Shown here: positions 20,503 to 31,132 of the stretch, one piece after another
Layout of the letters: every line of letters begins with the position of its first letter
How positions within the stretch are numbered: the stretch's first letter is position 1
Source of the DNA: Bdellovibrionota bacterium
Lineage (GTDB): Bacteria > Bdellovibrionota_C > UBA2361 > CALJRW01
Assembly (NCBI GenBank): GCA_041740355.1
Contig: JBGSMD010000039.1
Location: 53,411-117,410 of the forward strand
Length of the DNA stretch: 64,000 nucleotides
Direction: 5' to 3'
Notes under the pieces: model-generated
Told to the model about the DNA's origin: nothing
Databases searched by the model: none
Seen by the model: the letters and a program-made list of their open reading frames with translations, nothing else
Made by a program: the position numbers and the translations under genes

Positions 20503-21606
20503 ATGAAACTTTTAATTACACTGGTTCTCCTCATATTACCTTCCCAGATTTATGCGGAAGCACCAAAGGTCAAGATACCTGTCCTAATCCCCCTAACTGG
20601 AAATGCCAGTGAACAAGCTATTTGGATTAAGCAGGGATTAGAACTAGCAACCCATCAAATAAATCAAAGCTCAGATTTTCAAATTGAATTACTGTATCAA
20701 GACACACAACTCGATCCGAAAACTGCTATTTCGGCCTATCGCCATTTAAAAAGCTTTGACTCATTTCCAGCAATTATTACCATGGGTTCGGGAGTTGCAA
20801 TGGCACTCTCACCAATAGTTAATCAGGATCAGGTAATTCAAATGGGAGTTGCCACAGAAACTGTTGATTATACTTCTCCTGATGACTACAACTTTCGGAC
20901 ATCTCCAACTGCTGAACAAGTTGCCGGTTTTGCTGAAAACTTCATAACTAATCAGCTTAAAGCAAATAAAATTGCGATCATTAAAATCAATAATGATTAT
21001 GGAATTAGCTCTGCTAATGAATTAAAGAAAAAATTTCTGCGTGACGGAAATTTAATTGTCGCCGAAGAAGTCGTTCAGCCAGGTGATAGTAATTTTCGAT
21101 CTCAACTTCTTAAAGTCAAAACAAGTGCTCCCGATTTAATTTACTTAATATCGTATCCAAATGAAGGCGCATTAATCCTAAAACAAGCTAAACAATTAGG
21201 TTTAAATACTAAGATTCTGGCAACCACAGCAATTAATGGTAATGAAAACTTTTTAGAATTAGCCGCTGGTGGAGCCGAAGGAATTTCGGTAATCTCCATG
21301 ACTCCCGTAATTCCGAATAGCCCCAATCCGCTTACTGTAAAATTTATTAAAGACTTTGAAGGTTTCTTTAAGTTTCCACCTTCGCTTCAAGCCTTCTTGG
21401 CACTCAAATCTTATGATGCGCTAATGATTCTAGCCAATCAAATTAAAACTTGTGGACCCAAGGACACAGCCTGTATTAAAGAAAAACTGTTTCAAGTAAA
21501 ATCTTACCAAGGTTCCAGTGGCAAAATTGCCTTTGACCATAATGGCGATGTAACTTCAGATTTGTATATTTTGACTGTCAAGGATGGCGCGTTTATTCTT
21601 TCTTAA
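20503..21606 (+). CDS. Branched-chain amino acid type ABC substrate-binding protein (LivK-like), no permease nearby
   Basis: PLTG..A, NNDYG, FRSQLLKVK...PD, YDA, G..GKIAFD.NGD. Confidence 0.85.
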   Translation: MKLLITLVLLILPSQIYAEAPKVKIPVLIPLTGNASEQAIWIKQGLELATHQINQSSDFQIELLYQDTQLDPKTAISAYRHLKSFDSFPAIITMGSGVAMALSPIVNQDQVIQMGVATETVDYTSPDDYNFRTSPTAEQVAGFAENFITNQLKANKIAIIKINNDYGISSANELKKKFLRDGNLIVAEEVVQPGDSNFRSQLLKVKTSAPDLIYLISYPNEGALILKQAKQLGLNTKILATTAINGNENFLELAAGGAEGISVISMTPVIPNSPNPLTVKFIKDFEGFFKFPPSLQAFLALKSYDALMILANQIKTCGPKDTACIKEKLFQVKSYQGSSGKIAFDHNGDVTSDLYILTVKDGAFILS

Positions 21607-21696
21607 CTGCGAAAGAAGAGTTTATTTTAATTGATTTTCTTCTAACATCAGTTCGACTTAAGATTCGTCACGAGACAAGCAAAGTGACTGAAATAT

Positions 21697-21753
21697 TAGT
21701 TATGACATCTTTAAAGATTCTCAAAACCATTTATTAATTTATTGTCATAACTA
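21697..21753. repeat. Short inverted-repeat element related to the MITE ends
   Basis: TAGTTATGACA...TGTCATAACTA, the same ends as 33778-33841; TA duplication not perfect. Confidence 0.55.
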
Positions 21754-21788
21754 AACTATTAACTCCCTCTGGGGGTTTTAATAATTGT

Positions 21789-21874
21789 AATTTGACTAGA
21801 AAAAATAAAAAATTCACGCGGAGGCGTAATAGTATTACGGCGAGCATGAATTATTTTCTTTTTTCAGGCAAATT
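21789..21874. repeat. Palindromic repeat sharing its core motif with 2603-2726, overlapping the abiEii stop codon
   Basis: Core GCGGAGGCGTAATagtATTACGGCGAGCAT versus GCGCAGCTGTACttggaGTACAGCGAGCAT; long A-rich and T-rich flanking stem. Confidence 0.55.
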
Positions 21875-22667
21875 CTGTTAATTTGTTTGTCGTAGTAGAA
21901 TCCTTATGTCGAATTGAGGTTTCTAAATATTCACAAATACTATTTAATGCTATAGTTATTTTTAATTCAATCCCCAATAGTTCTTGTTTAGTAAAATAGT
22001 CCCCTAGCTCATTCTTTAATTTTTGAGGATTAAGATTAATAACCTCTTTTCTAAGCAACTCTATGAATTCTACTAAGCTCAGGGAGGTTTTGGCGTTCTT
22101 GAGATTTCTAGCAAATTCAATTTTTTTTAGACGCTTATTTAGTATCTGTAGATCTGGCCTAACGTTTAAAAAAGTATAAAGATAATAAATATCATATAAA
22201 TCTTTAGCTAATCGTCTTTCTAACCAAGCCGCAATCTTATTCGATAAGGACCATTCTAAATCTGCTATCCTAACTATGAATGATGGCATTTTTATCTCAG
22301 GCAAAGCTTCTGTGCTAATTGCCATAGATTTTAAATGACTATACGTCTTAATCTCTAATTGACTTTTAAATCCCTGATAATCCAAACTTACCCGTAGACA
22401 CTGGGAGTTTAATTCATATTGATATTTTAAATTTTCAATACTATCCAATAACTCCAAGAGTGGCTTTAAAATATCCTTTTTGGATTTAAAGGGAACAAAG
22501 GCATAATCTAGATCGTTAGTGTACCTTTTAGAATTGAGCAAATACAAAGCCATTCCGCCTCGAATGATTGCCTGCGAACGAAATTTTTCGCTAATAGCTT
22601 TCATCATAAATACCATCAAATCAATTTCTGATTTAATATTCATAATCATCCAAAAGTTTCTGAACAA
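21864..22667 (-). CDS. AbiEii family nucleotidyltransferase toxin (type IV TA)
   Basis: IRGGMAL, RYTNDLD, NKIAA, KDLYDIY. Confidence 0.85.
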   Translation of the reverse strand: MFRNFWMIMNIKSEIDLMVFMMKAISEKFRSQAIIRGGMALYLLNSKRYTNDLDYAFVPFKSKKDILKPLLELLDSIENLKYQYELNSQCLRVSLDYQGFKSQLEIKTYSHLKSMAISTEALPEIKMPSFIVRIADLEWSLSNKIAAWLERRLAKDLYDIYYLYTFLNVRPDLQILNKRLKKIEFARNLKNAKTSLSLVEFIELLRKEVINLNPQKLKNELGDYFTKQELLGIELKITIALNSICEYLETSIRHKDSTTTNKLTEFA

Positions 22668-23235
22668 AAGATCTAAATTTTACGTTGTTATAATTGGTTA
22701 AGAGACTATCAACCTTAGAACGTTTTAATAGCGACAGGTTTAAATCTGAATAAATGTTAAATGAAGGCACAAAGCCTTTCTGGTAATAATATAACAAATC
22801 TAAAAATGCTTTCTCTTTAGAGGCATATTTAATTCCATTTTTAAATTCAAAATCTAAAAACAAGTCTTTAGAAATACTGAAATAAATTATTCTAATTCCA
22901 CAATTATTAAACTCCTTATTTCTACCTAATTTAACAGCATAAATAGTCATTTGCGGAACAGAGCCAATAATTAAATTCTTAGCTAAAATTGTTCCCAAAC
23001 TAAGATATGATTCTGGGTAAATTTTTTGGCATAATAATTCTGGATCAAAGTTATCGGAGAGATAAAAACCGTTAATAAAGCGTTTAATGATCTTACATTC
23101 GATGCACTTCTTCAGAGCAGAATTAATCTTTTGGGAATCAGACAATCCAACAAGATTCGCGAAGTCAGCAATACTAACTACTCCCCCCAGTTTGTTAATT
23201 TCTTGCTGATATAATGATAATTCACCAAATTTCAT
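22633..23235 (-). CDS. AbiEi family antitoxin
   Basis: N-terminal wHTH, PESYLSL, ASKEKAFLDLLY; overlaps the toxin gene. Confidence 0.8.
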   Translation of the reverse strand: MKFGELSLYQQEINKLGGVVSIADFANLVGLSDSQKINSALKKCIECKIIKRFINGFYLSDNFDPELLCQKIYPESYLSLGTILAKNLIIGSVPQMTIYAVKLGRNKEFNNCGIRIIYFSISKDLFLDFEFKNGIKYASKEKAFLDLLYYYQKGFVPSFNIYSDLNLSLLKRSKVDSLLTNYNNVKFRSFVQKLLDDYEY

Positions 23236-23579
23236 AATGATACTTTTATATCATAAAATGATATTTCTGTCATTATGTTTATATTACCCAGCTGTAGTGA
23301 TTTATCGTTTGGAGCACTGCCAAAGTTGCAGTAAATAATATTTTAAATGGAAAACTTGCCAGTGTTTTGGTAGATTATAGAAAGTATTATTGCCCTGACT
23401 AATCGCTCAAAAAAAGTTGGAGTAAGTTCCGCACCCCTCTACTTGCTAAAAATCAAATTTATTATAGTTTTTTCAGTAAGTTACTCTAGTTTGAAACAGC
23501 TAGTTTTTTCACAAATATATACTAGTTTTTGTGAAAAATTATCTGTGTAACTTAGATACCAAATAGGTCCAAAATGACA

Positions 23580-26500
23580 TTAATTAGGCCGATTCTTCTT
23601 AAAATTCTCAGCCTGCTCAAAGATCTCCACGTAAACCTCATCCTTATCCACTGGTGGATAACCAAATTGATCAAGCAGAATAATTAGTCCAACCTTTAAG
23701 GCAGCTTTAATATCATCGCGCTTATTCCAGTCGGGGAATTTAGATTGACCCTCCACTAAATCCTTAACAGCTATTGCTAATTCAATTAATTTATCTTCTG
23801 GATAGCGAAAGTCATACTTTACACAAAGTTCTTTTAGAATGTCGTAAAAAGCTTTCTCTTCAAAATCAATTCCTAAGGCATCACCTGCGGAAAACTCTTT
23901 ATGAACTTCCCAAATAAGCTCAGTCAGCTGATCCGCCATATCTTCATAAACTTCACTGCGTAGCACATCACTTTCGTCACGTTCGTTGTAACGCTCCACC
24001 AAGGCTTGCATCTTTTTAGAGAAATCTATGCCCTTTACTCGATTCACCTTTTTAATTTCACCAATTACTTTAGCAAGCAACTGTTGCAACAATTTGATTT
24101 TAGTATTTGGTAATTTAATTTTATCAATTTTTGCTAGGTAATCTTCATCAAAAATATCCTGCGTGTTATCCTCTGAATCTCCTAGCTTGAAGATCTCCTG
24201 CACGCCATCACTTTCTAGCGCTTGCTTAATCATTTCCCTAACTCGGGCATTCATTTGCGCTGTGTCAGGGGCATTTCCCTTGGTTAATTTAAAGACAATT
24301 GAACGAACTGCTAAGTAAAAATGAGTAAAGTCTTTTTCATTTTGCGTTAGTTTCTCACTTCCAGAGCAAATGTCATAAGCCGCCTTTAAGCGCTTAACCA
24401 TTTCCATAAAACGAGTTTCAAAGTCTTTCGTTTGTTGAGCAAACTCAGCCGCTAGCTTTAGGCAACTTAATTGCTCTAGTGAGGAACCATGGAAATATTT
24501 AGTACTATCAAATTTATGAAAAAGTTTGGCTAGCAAATCTAAATGATTTCTAACAACGACTAAAGACTCGGCAACATCTTCAAAATTATCTTTGTCGCCT
24601 TTATTGTACTTAGCTAAAGCTAAATTCATTTGCTTTTTAATACCGATGTAATCGACAACTAAGCCCTTATTCTTGTCCTTAAACTTACGATTAACCCGAG
24701 AGATGGTTTGGATTAAGTTGTGTTGTTTAATTGGTTTATCAATGTAAATACTATCAAGGAATGGCACGTCAAACCCAGTGAGCCACATGTCAACAACTAT
24801 CGCAATTTTGAAATTGGATTTTTCATTCTTAAACTCAACATCTAAAGTTTTTCTGTACTCACTTGTTCCTAATAAATCATAAAGTGCTTTCTCGTCATCC
24901 TTACTCCGAGTCATCACTAAATTAATTTGTTGGATTGGTTTAATCTTCTTCTGTTCTTCTTCCGAAAGTTCAATATTATCTGCGGAAACTTTTATTTCTT
25001 TCCATTCGGGACGAATATCCGTCACATACTTATAAAGATCATAAGCAATCTCCCTACTACTACAAACAAACATCGCTTTGCCTTTAACAGTAGCACCTTC
25101 TGATATTCTTTTGTCGTAATGTTCTACGAAATCCTTTGCGACAGCTTTTAATCGTTTCGGGTCTCCCAGAATCGCATTCATTTTGGCAGATTCTTCTTTG
25201 CTCTGTTCAATCTGGTATTCATTAGCCCCCTCTAGTGCAACTTCTTCGTAATACTTTTCAATTTTCTCAAGTTCACTATTATTAAGTGCCACCTTAGCAG
25301 CGCGTCCTTCATAAACAATTCGAACTGTAATTTCATCGCGCACAGATTCGGTCATGGTGTAGGAATCCACGACTTTCCCAAAGACATCCAGCGTGGCGTC
25401 AATTGGCGTTCCCGTAAAACCTACAAAGGTAGCATTAGGCAGTGAATCATGCAGATACTTGGCAAAACCATAAGTTTTCTTTACTCCCGTTTCTGTTACC
25501 TTCACCTTCTGGTCTAAATTCACCTGACTGCGATGTGCTTCATCGGAAATACAAATCACATTGTTTCTTTCGGTGAGTAATTGAGTATCTTCAGTGAACT
25601 TGTGGATCGTGGTCAGAAATACCCCACCGCTTTGCCTTCCTTGAATTAACTCTCGGAGCTGTGCCCTGCTCTCCACACTAATAATCTGATTATCCCCAAT
25701 AAAGTGCTTGGCATTAGTAAATTGCCGGGACAACTGATCATCTAAATCAGTTCTGTCGGTAATCATAATTATTGTAGGGCTAGCAAAGTACTCACTTTTC
25801 ATTAGTAACCTAGCTAAGTAGAGCATAGTAAAGCTCTTGCCACAGCCAGTCGCTCCAAAGTAAGTACCCCCTTTTCCATCTCCCTTAGGTTTTTGTGCTA
25901 ATTTAATATTTTCAAATAAACACTTAGCCGCGTAATATTGTGGATAACGGCACACTATCTTTTCATCAATTTTGGATGTGTCGGGAATGTATATAAAGTT
26001 CCGAATAATATCCCGCAGTCTATTTTGATTAAACATGCCCTGCACCAAGGTGAACATGCTATCAATCCCATCCACATCCTTTGCTAACCCTGCAACTCTT
26101 CGCCAAGCATAGAAAAATTCATACGGTGCAAAAAAGGAACCTGCTTTATTATTCACCCCGTCACTAATCACACAGAAAGTGTTGTACTTAAAAAGCTCGG
26201 GGATATCCCTTTTGTAACGAATAGTTAATTGAGTAAAAGCGTCATGGATAGTTGCTTCTTCCCTAACAGCACTCTTAAATTCAAAAACTACTATGGGCAA
26301 ACCATTGATGTAAACAATTCCATCAGGAATTCGCTTTTCCGATCCAACAATTTCTAATTGATTTACAAATTTATAGATATTCTGATCTGTTGGGTAAGCT
26401 AATTTCTTATCAGCAACAATCGTATCTAAATCATTACTAGCTAGTTGTACTTCAAGCCCTGCATAATCAATTAACTCAATGTGAATGTCTTTCTGATTGC

Positions 26501-26789
26501 GATCTTCCCGCTTTAAAATGAACCCATCACTTAACCACCTTAAGATGGTTTTATTACTTTCATATAAATCACTAGCTGGTAAACTTTTAAGTTGCAGTAC
26601 AATTGATTTAGCTTCAGTATTAGTTAGGTTTTGCTTTTGATACTTAGTAAGTAAATATTTAAGCAGATCTTCTTCGATTAAAACTTCATCCACTGACCTA
26701 GTGATGGTGTTGCCCAAATGATGTGGGAAACCTTCTTGCTCTAGTAATTCGATAAAGGCATTTTCTAGTTTAGCTTCGGTGAATTTCAT
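23580..26789 (-). CDS. hsdR: Type I restriction endonuclease subunit R
   Basis: PDGIVYINGLPIVVFEFK nuclease, ATGCGKS, DEAH, GFTGTP, MWLTGFD, QTISRVNR. Confidence 0.96.
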   Translation of the reverse strand: MKFTEAKLENAFIELLEQEGFPHHLGNTITRSVDEVLIEEDLLKYLLTKYQKQNLTNTEAKSIVLQLKSLPASDLYESNKTILRWLSDGFILKREDRNQKDIHIELIDYAGLEVQLASNDLDTIVADKKLAYPTDQNIYKFVNQLEIVGSEKRIPDGIVYINGLPIVVFEFKSAVREEATIHDAFTQLTIRYKRDIPELFKYNTFCVISDGVNNKAGSFFAPYEFFYAWRRVAGLAKDVDGIDSMFTLVQGMFNQNRLRDIIRNFIYIPDTSKIDEKIVCRYPQYYAAKCLFENIKLAQKPKGDGKGGTYFGATGCGKSFTMLYLARLLMKSEYFASPTIIMITDRTDLDDQLSRQFTNAKHFIGDNQIISVESRAQLRELIQGRQSGGVFLTTIHKFTEDTQLLTERNNVICISDEAHRSQVNLDQKVKVTETGVKKTYGFAKYLHDSLPNATFVGFTGTPIDATLDVFGKVVDSYTMTESVRDEITVRIVYEGRAAKVALNNSELEKIEKYYEEVALEGANEYQIEQSKEESAKMNAILGDPKRLKAVAKDFVEHYDKRISEGATVKGKAMFVCSSREIAYDLYKYVTDIRPEWKEIKVSADNIELSEEEQKKIKPIQQINLVMTRSKDDEKALYDLLGTSEYRKTLDVEFKNEKSNFKIAIVVDMWLTGFDVPFLDSIYIDKPIKQHNLIQTISRVNRKFKDKNKGLVVDYIGIKKQMNLALAKYNKGDKDNFEDVAESLVVVRNHLDLLAKLFHKFDSTKYFHGSSLEQLSCLKLAAEFAQQTKDFETRFMEMVKRLKAAYDICSGSEKLTQNEKDFTHFYLAVRSIVFKLTKGNAPDTAQMNARVREMIKQALESDGVQEIFKLGDSEDNTQDIFDEDYLAKIDKIKLPNTKIKLLQQLLAKVIGEIKKVNRVKGIDFSKKMQALVERYNERDESDVLRSEVYEDMADQLTELIWEVHKEFSAGDALGIDFEEKAFYDILKELCVKYDFRYPEDKLIELAIAVKDLVEGQSKFPDWNKRDDIKAALKVGLIILLDQFGYPPVDKDEVYVEIFEQAENFKKNRPN

Positions 26790-26793
26790 TGGG

Positions 26794-28053
26794 TTAATTT
26801 TCTATGGTTGCTAGTTTGGAAAGAATCAAGTCATTCAATTTTTTAGCCTTACTACACTCATTAATTTTATTGAGAATTGTTTCGATCATAGGCTTACATA
26901 TGTTATTAAAACATTTGATAATGGTTTCTGTCGGTAAAACCATCTTTATCTCTTCAATCTGTTTGTAACTAATATTTGCCTGGGCGCTATCTCCGCCGAC
27001 ATTTGCAATCTCATTTCTTACAAAATCGGTTAATAAATTAAAATATAGAAATGCTGCTTTCTTAATTGGTTTCTCACCTAGATCAAAGACTCCAACACGC
27101 TGATTTACAAAAATTGTTGTATTTATTTCTGGAACTAATCCTATCTTTCCAATTGTTGCACCAGTCATTGCAATTACAATATCACCTTTTTGTACTTGAT
27201 AGCTTTCTGCCTTTTTTGCCTTATTTTCATTAATATAACCTAATGAATTAAAATCAATTGTATTATTAGCAATACTTCCAATTTTAATTACGGGAAGACC
27301 ATTTGTATTCCACCATTCGCTCTTAAAAGCATACCCAGATTTTACCTTTGAATATTGACCAATACTAGAAACTTCCCACCCTTTTGGAATCTCTCTGTCT
27401 AATTCTTCATTATAAATCATTTCACCACCGCTACTTTTATAAGGCTTACCATTTTTATCAGGCTTGCCCTGAGCGAAGTCGAAGGGAAATTCAAAATCAA
27501 CAAACCACTGCTTATAAATTGCTTGCGCTGTTTCTTCTAACTTTTGAATCAGTTGGTGATTAAGTTCAATCCGATCTTGGATAACTTTATATTCTTTAAC
27601 AACCTGTTTTTGCTTTGCAATGGAGGGGACTGGCAATTTCATTTCACAAAAATCCTCCCATTCTAAGCTTCCCCTAACTCCACCAACTGCATTAAAACAT
27701 GCTTCCCGATCAAACTCAGAACGAATAAACCACATCATTAGATATTCAGGAATAAGTTCTTCAAGATTTTTTATTTCAAAAACAGAATAAGCTTGTGAAA
27801 TAATGGCCTCTTCTAACTCTTCCAATAAGGCAACAGGCATCTTTTTGTCGCGTCTTACTTGCATGGTACTACATGCAAATTGGTTTTTTCGGATAATTTT
27901 ATAGTTTTCCATATCTGTGCCAATTATATTAGCAACAGATGGAATAAATTGTTTCGAGATACTCAATCCTAAAAGTTGTTTAACCTTAAGACCTTTATTT
28001 CGTTCATCTACTAGCTGGATATGTTGACCAATGCTTTTATAACTTGATTTCAT
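26794..28053 (-). CDS. hsdS: Type I RM specificity subunit S (probable start MKSSYK at 28053)
   Basis: Two TRDs with conserved spacer LEETAQAIYKQWFVDFEFP and GKPYKSSGGEM...EIPKGW. Confidence 0.93.
   Translation of the reverse strand: MKSSYKSIGQHIQLVDERNKGLKVKQLLGLSISKQFIPSVANIIGTDMENYKIIRKNQFACSTMQVRRDKKMPVALLEELEEAIISQAYSVFEIKNLEELIPEYLMMWFIRSEFDREACFNAVGGVRGSLEWEDFCEMKLPVPSIAKQKQVVKEYKVIQDRIELNHQLIQKLEETAQAIYKQWFVDFEFPFDFAQGKPDKNGKPYKSSGGEMIYNEELDREIPKGWEVSSIGQYSKVKSGYAFKSEWWNTNGLPVIKIGSIANNTIDFNSLGYINENKAKKAESYQVQKGDIVIAMTGATIGKIGLVPEINTTIFVNQRVGVFDLGEKPIKKAAFLYFNLLTDFVRNEIANVGGDSAQANISYKQIEEIKMVLPTETIIKCFNNICKPMIETILNKINECSKAKKLNDLILSKLATIEN
27461..27486 (-). repeat. 24-bp REP-like palindrome inserted in frame in hsdS (peptide PFDFAQGK)
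   Basis: CCCTTCGACTTCGCTCAGGGCAAG is GC-rich in an AT-rich gene and interrupts the usual DFEFP-DxNGKPYKSSGG segment. Confidence 0.7.
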
Positions 28054-29599
28054 AACCCAGTTCTTTAAAAACATTCAGTAAATCATCCTTAGAACTAGAT
28101 TCGGCTTTTAATAATCCAGTAAATTCATCTTGCAAAGATTTCATCTTTTCATCAAAGTCAATATTTTCATCACGATTAATGAATTTGATATATTTACTTG
28201 GGACCAAGGAGAAATCTTTTTTGATAACTTCTTCAATTGAAGCGGAATAACAGAACTCAGCGATATCTTGATAGGAATTATTTTCTTGTTGCCAGTTGTG
28301 ATAAGTTGCTCCAATATTTTTAATCTGCTCATCGCTAAATTGGATAAATTTCTTTTCAAAAGGTACTCCAATCTGCCTTAAATCCAGAAATAAAATTTCT
28401 TTTTCACGGTCGCGATAATTTCGTTGCTCGTCACCAATACTTCGACTATGTGCTTTCTTATTCTTGTTTAGAATCCAAATCGTTACGCTAATATTTGTGG
28501 TGTAAAACATGTCTTGAGGCAAAACCATAATTGCTTCTACAATATTATTTTCAATTAACTTTCTTCTAATCTTATACTCTTCCCCACCACCACTAAGTGC
28601 ACCATTAGCCAGAATAAACCCAGCTACTCCATTTTCAGAAAGCTTAGAAACCATATTTAAAATCCAAGCATAATTGGCATTACTCTTAGGTGGAGTTTCG
28701 TATCCTTTCCAACGGGGGTCATCTGTTAATTCACTTTGCGCGCGCCAGTCTTTTTGATTAAACGGCGGATTTGCCATAATAAAATCAGCTTTTAAATCCT
28801 TGTGCTGATCGTCGGCAAATGTGTCAGCCGCTTTCTCCCCTAAGTTTCCAGCAATTCCCCTGATCGCTAAGTTCATCTTAGCAAGTTTGTAGGTGGTGTT
28901 AGTATATTCTTGTCCGTAAATAGAAATTTCTTTTTTGTTACCGTGATGGTTTTCAATAAATTTAATCGACTGTACAAACATACCGCCAGATCCACATGCT
29001 GGGTCATAAATAATTCCTTTGTAAGGCTCAATCATTTCAGCAATTAAGTTTACAATGCTTTTAGGTGTATAGAACTCTCCCTTTCCCTTGCCTTCAGCTA
29101 AAGCAAATTTTGACAAGAAATATTCATAAACTCGCCCAACAATGTCTTGGGATTTATCTTTTAAGGTATCAATATCATTAATGGTATCCAGCAGTGAGGC
29201 TAATTTTGTAATGTCTAGTCCTAATCGGGAGAAGTAATTATCGGGCAAAGCTCCTTTTAAGGCTTTGTTGTTTTTCTCGATGTTGTGAAGGGCAGTGTCA
29301 ATTTTAAGAGCAATGTCGTTCTGCTTGGAATTTTTCATGATAAAACTCCAACGGGAGATTTCATCTAAGAAAAACACATTGCTTTGATTATAGAACTCAG
29401 CCATTTCCATGTACTTTTCTTGCCCCTTCGCAATTAAAGTTTGGCGATGTTCTTCAAATTTATCACTAGCAAACTTTAGGAAGATCAGACTTAATACTAC
29501 GTGTTTGTATTCTGCTGGCTCGACACTTCCCCTTAGCTTATTAGCTGAATCCCAAAGTGTTTCTTCGATTGATTTTTGTTTTACTTCTTTTTTCGCCAT
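28037..29599 (-). CDS. hsdM: Type I RM methyltransferase subunit M
   Basis: GEFYTP, DPACGSGG, NPPF. Confidence 0.96.
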   Translation of the reverse strand: MAKKEVKQKSIEETLWDSANKLRGSVEPAEYKHVVLSLIFLKFASDKFEEHRQTLIAKGQEKYMEMAEFYNQSNVFFLDEISRWSFIMKNSKQNDIALKIDTALHNIEKNNKALKGALPDNYFSRLGLDITKLASLLDTINDIDTLKDKSQDIVGRVYEYFLSKFALAEGKGKGEFYTPKSIVNLIAEMIEPYKGIIYDPACGSGGMFVQSIKFIENHHGNKKEISIYGQEYTNTTYKLAKMNLAIRGIAGNLGEKAADTFADDQHKDLKADFIMANPPFNQKDWRAQSELTDDPRWKGYETPPKSNANYAWILNMVSKLSENGVAGFILANGALSGGGEEYKIRRKLIENNIVEAIMVLPQDMFYTTNISVTIWILNKNKKAHSRSIGDEQRNYRDREKEILFLDLRQIGVPFEKKFIQFSDEQIKNIGATYHNWQQENNSYQDIAEFCYSASIEEVIKKDFSLVPSKYIKFINRDENIDFDEKMKSLQDEFTGLLKAESSSKDDLLNVFKELGYEIKL

Positions 29600-29758
29600 G
29601 ATCTACTTTAATGCTACTTTCTTCCTGGCTATAACTTAAGACGATGTCTTAGCTTCTGTTTAGAAACGCCATTCTGAATAGAAAATTTAGGCTAAAAGGA
29701 CTGGTCTGGCAATTGTTAAAGCGCCTTTAGACTCGAATTTGGGCTGATCTAGCATTCC

Positions 29759-30955
29759 CTATCTTCGCAAAAACCGATCGGTAAAAGTTTCCTCTTTGAA
29801 TTCAAAGTTTTTAGGTTCTAGTTCCATTAAGAATTGGTTAGGATCATCTAAGCCAATTTCAATTTGACTCAGGTAATTTTCTATAAATCTGTTTCTCATC
29901 AGTTCCAAGTCTTGGGGTACCCGAACATCAATTACTTGGCTAACCGGAAAATGATTTAAGGAGGCGCTGAGATGTTCTAAAGATACCCAATAAATTCCAT
30001 TAGACGAATCAATGATTTGTAGATCCATCTTGCCATCTTCCACTTTATATCCAGAAATGACAACTGCATGGCTATCTATTTTGTTGCTTTGATTACCGGA
30101 CATTAAATAGCTAGCAGAAACTGAGACATAAATCGGGTCACCGCAATCTAGTAAGTCTTTAATTACAGCAGCATTATGTTTTACTGCGATATCTTCTTTA
30201 GTTGCAGATAAATCCTGTTCAAATTTTAATTTAAGGAGGGAAGTTATTATATCTTCATTACCTGATAATTTACCCAAGGCTTCAGCAAATAAATTATTTT
30301 TAAAAATTGTTGGATCAAAATAAGCAGCGAGTCCCAGCTCCACCTGCTTGTCTCTAGTTGAAATCAAATGAGCTTTTGTCGGTGTTAATTCTAAATTACT
30401 AGATGGAACTAACTCGATTGCTAATTCAATTGTTGGAATATTTAAACCATTTCGATCAACTGCGGCGTTTAATAAACTAGTTAAAAGAGTTGGATCTATC
30501 TGATGCCCCCGACAAAGTAGTCCATGAGTCATGGCCCAGGCGGCGCAAGTTCCATGCATTGATTGATAATGCCACCCACCTTGGTATTCCCTATTGCCAT
30601 TTGGAAGTTCCGTATTAAATCGCGCACTAGCTTCTATTGTTGATTGTAGAAACTTCCCCGTATCAGGCATTAGCAGATTTACATTATGATCAATTGGACT
30701 TGCTAATAATCTTCGGACACTTTGCTGAGAGTAAGAATCTACCGGTTCATCGCTTCGGCATTTATTAAAATTTTGAATTGCTTCGAATAATCGAACTAAT
30801 ACTACCTTATCTTCTGATACGCATGGAATGGAATTATATAATTTTAGGTCTTTGATAATATTATCAAACAACTCGAGTGGTCCCACGGGCAAGACTGGCT
30901 CTCCTTTCTTTATATGATTACTACTTTGTGGGTCGTTACTTGGTTGCATATTCAC
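29759..30955 (-). CDS. Papain-fold cysteine peptidase (C39-like)
   Basis: Q-x5-C (QSMHGTCAAWA), HAVVISGY, IIDSS. Confidence 0.6.
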   Translation of the reverse strand: MNMQPSNDPQSSNHIKKGEPVLPVGPLELFDNIIKDLKLYNSIPCVSEDKVVLVRLFEAIQNFNKCRSDEPVDSYSQQSVRRLLASPIDHNVNLLMPDTGKFLQSTIEASARFNTELPNGNREYQGGWHYQSMHGTCAAWAMTHGLLCRGHQIDPTLLTSLLNAAVDRNGLNIPTIELAIELVPSSNLELTPTKAHLISTRDKQVELGLAAYFDPTIFKNNLFAEALGKLSGNEDIITSLLKLKFEQDLSATKEDIAVKHNAAVIKDLLDCGDPIYVSVSASYLMSGNQSNKIDSHAVVISGYKVEDGKMDLQIIDSSNGIYWVSLEHLSASLNHFPVSQVIDVRVPQDLELMRNRFIENYLSQIEIGLDDPNQFLMELEPKNFEFKEETFTDRFLRR

Positions 30956-31103
30956 AAAAACATCTGCAGAATTTCCTTTCTTGGTTATAACTAAATCACT
31001 GAGTAGTGTTGCATAAAATCCACTTATTTTGCTTCCCCGAGGTCCCTGACACCTTAATAATGAAATAAATCCACTTAAATTTCTAATTAGACCAAAAAAT
31101 ACT

Positions 31104-31132
31104 TGTTTATAGTTTATAGTAAACTATAAACA
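31104..31132. promoter_or_regulatory. Perfect 13-bp inverted repeat, probable operator
   Basis: TGTTTATAGTTTA-tag-TAAACTATAAACA abutting the ATG of the wHTH remnant. Confidence 0.6.

Noticed and set aside
23236-23275. ATGATA/TATCAT palindromes upstream of abiEi as autoregulatory operators
   Set aside because: Plausible, but short, AT-rich and unequally spaced, so not enough support
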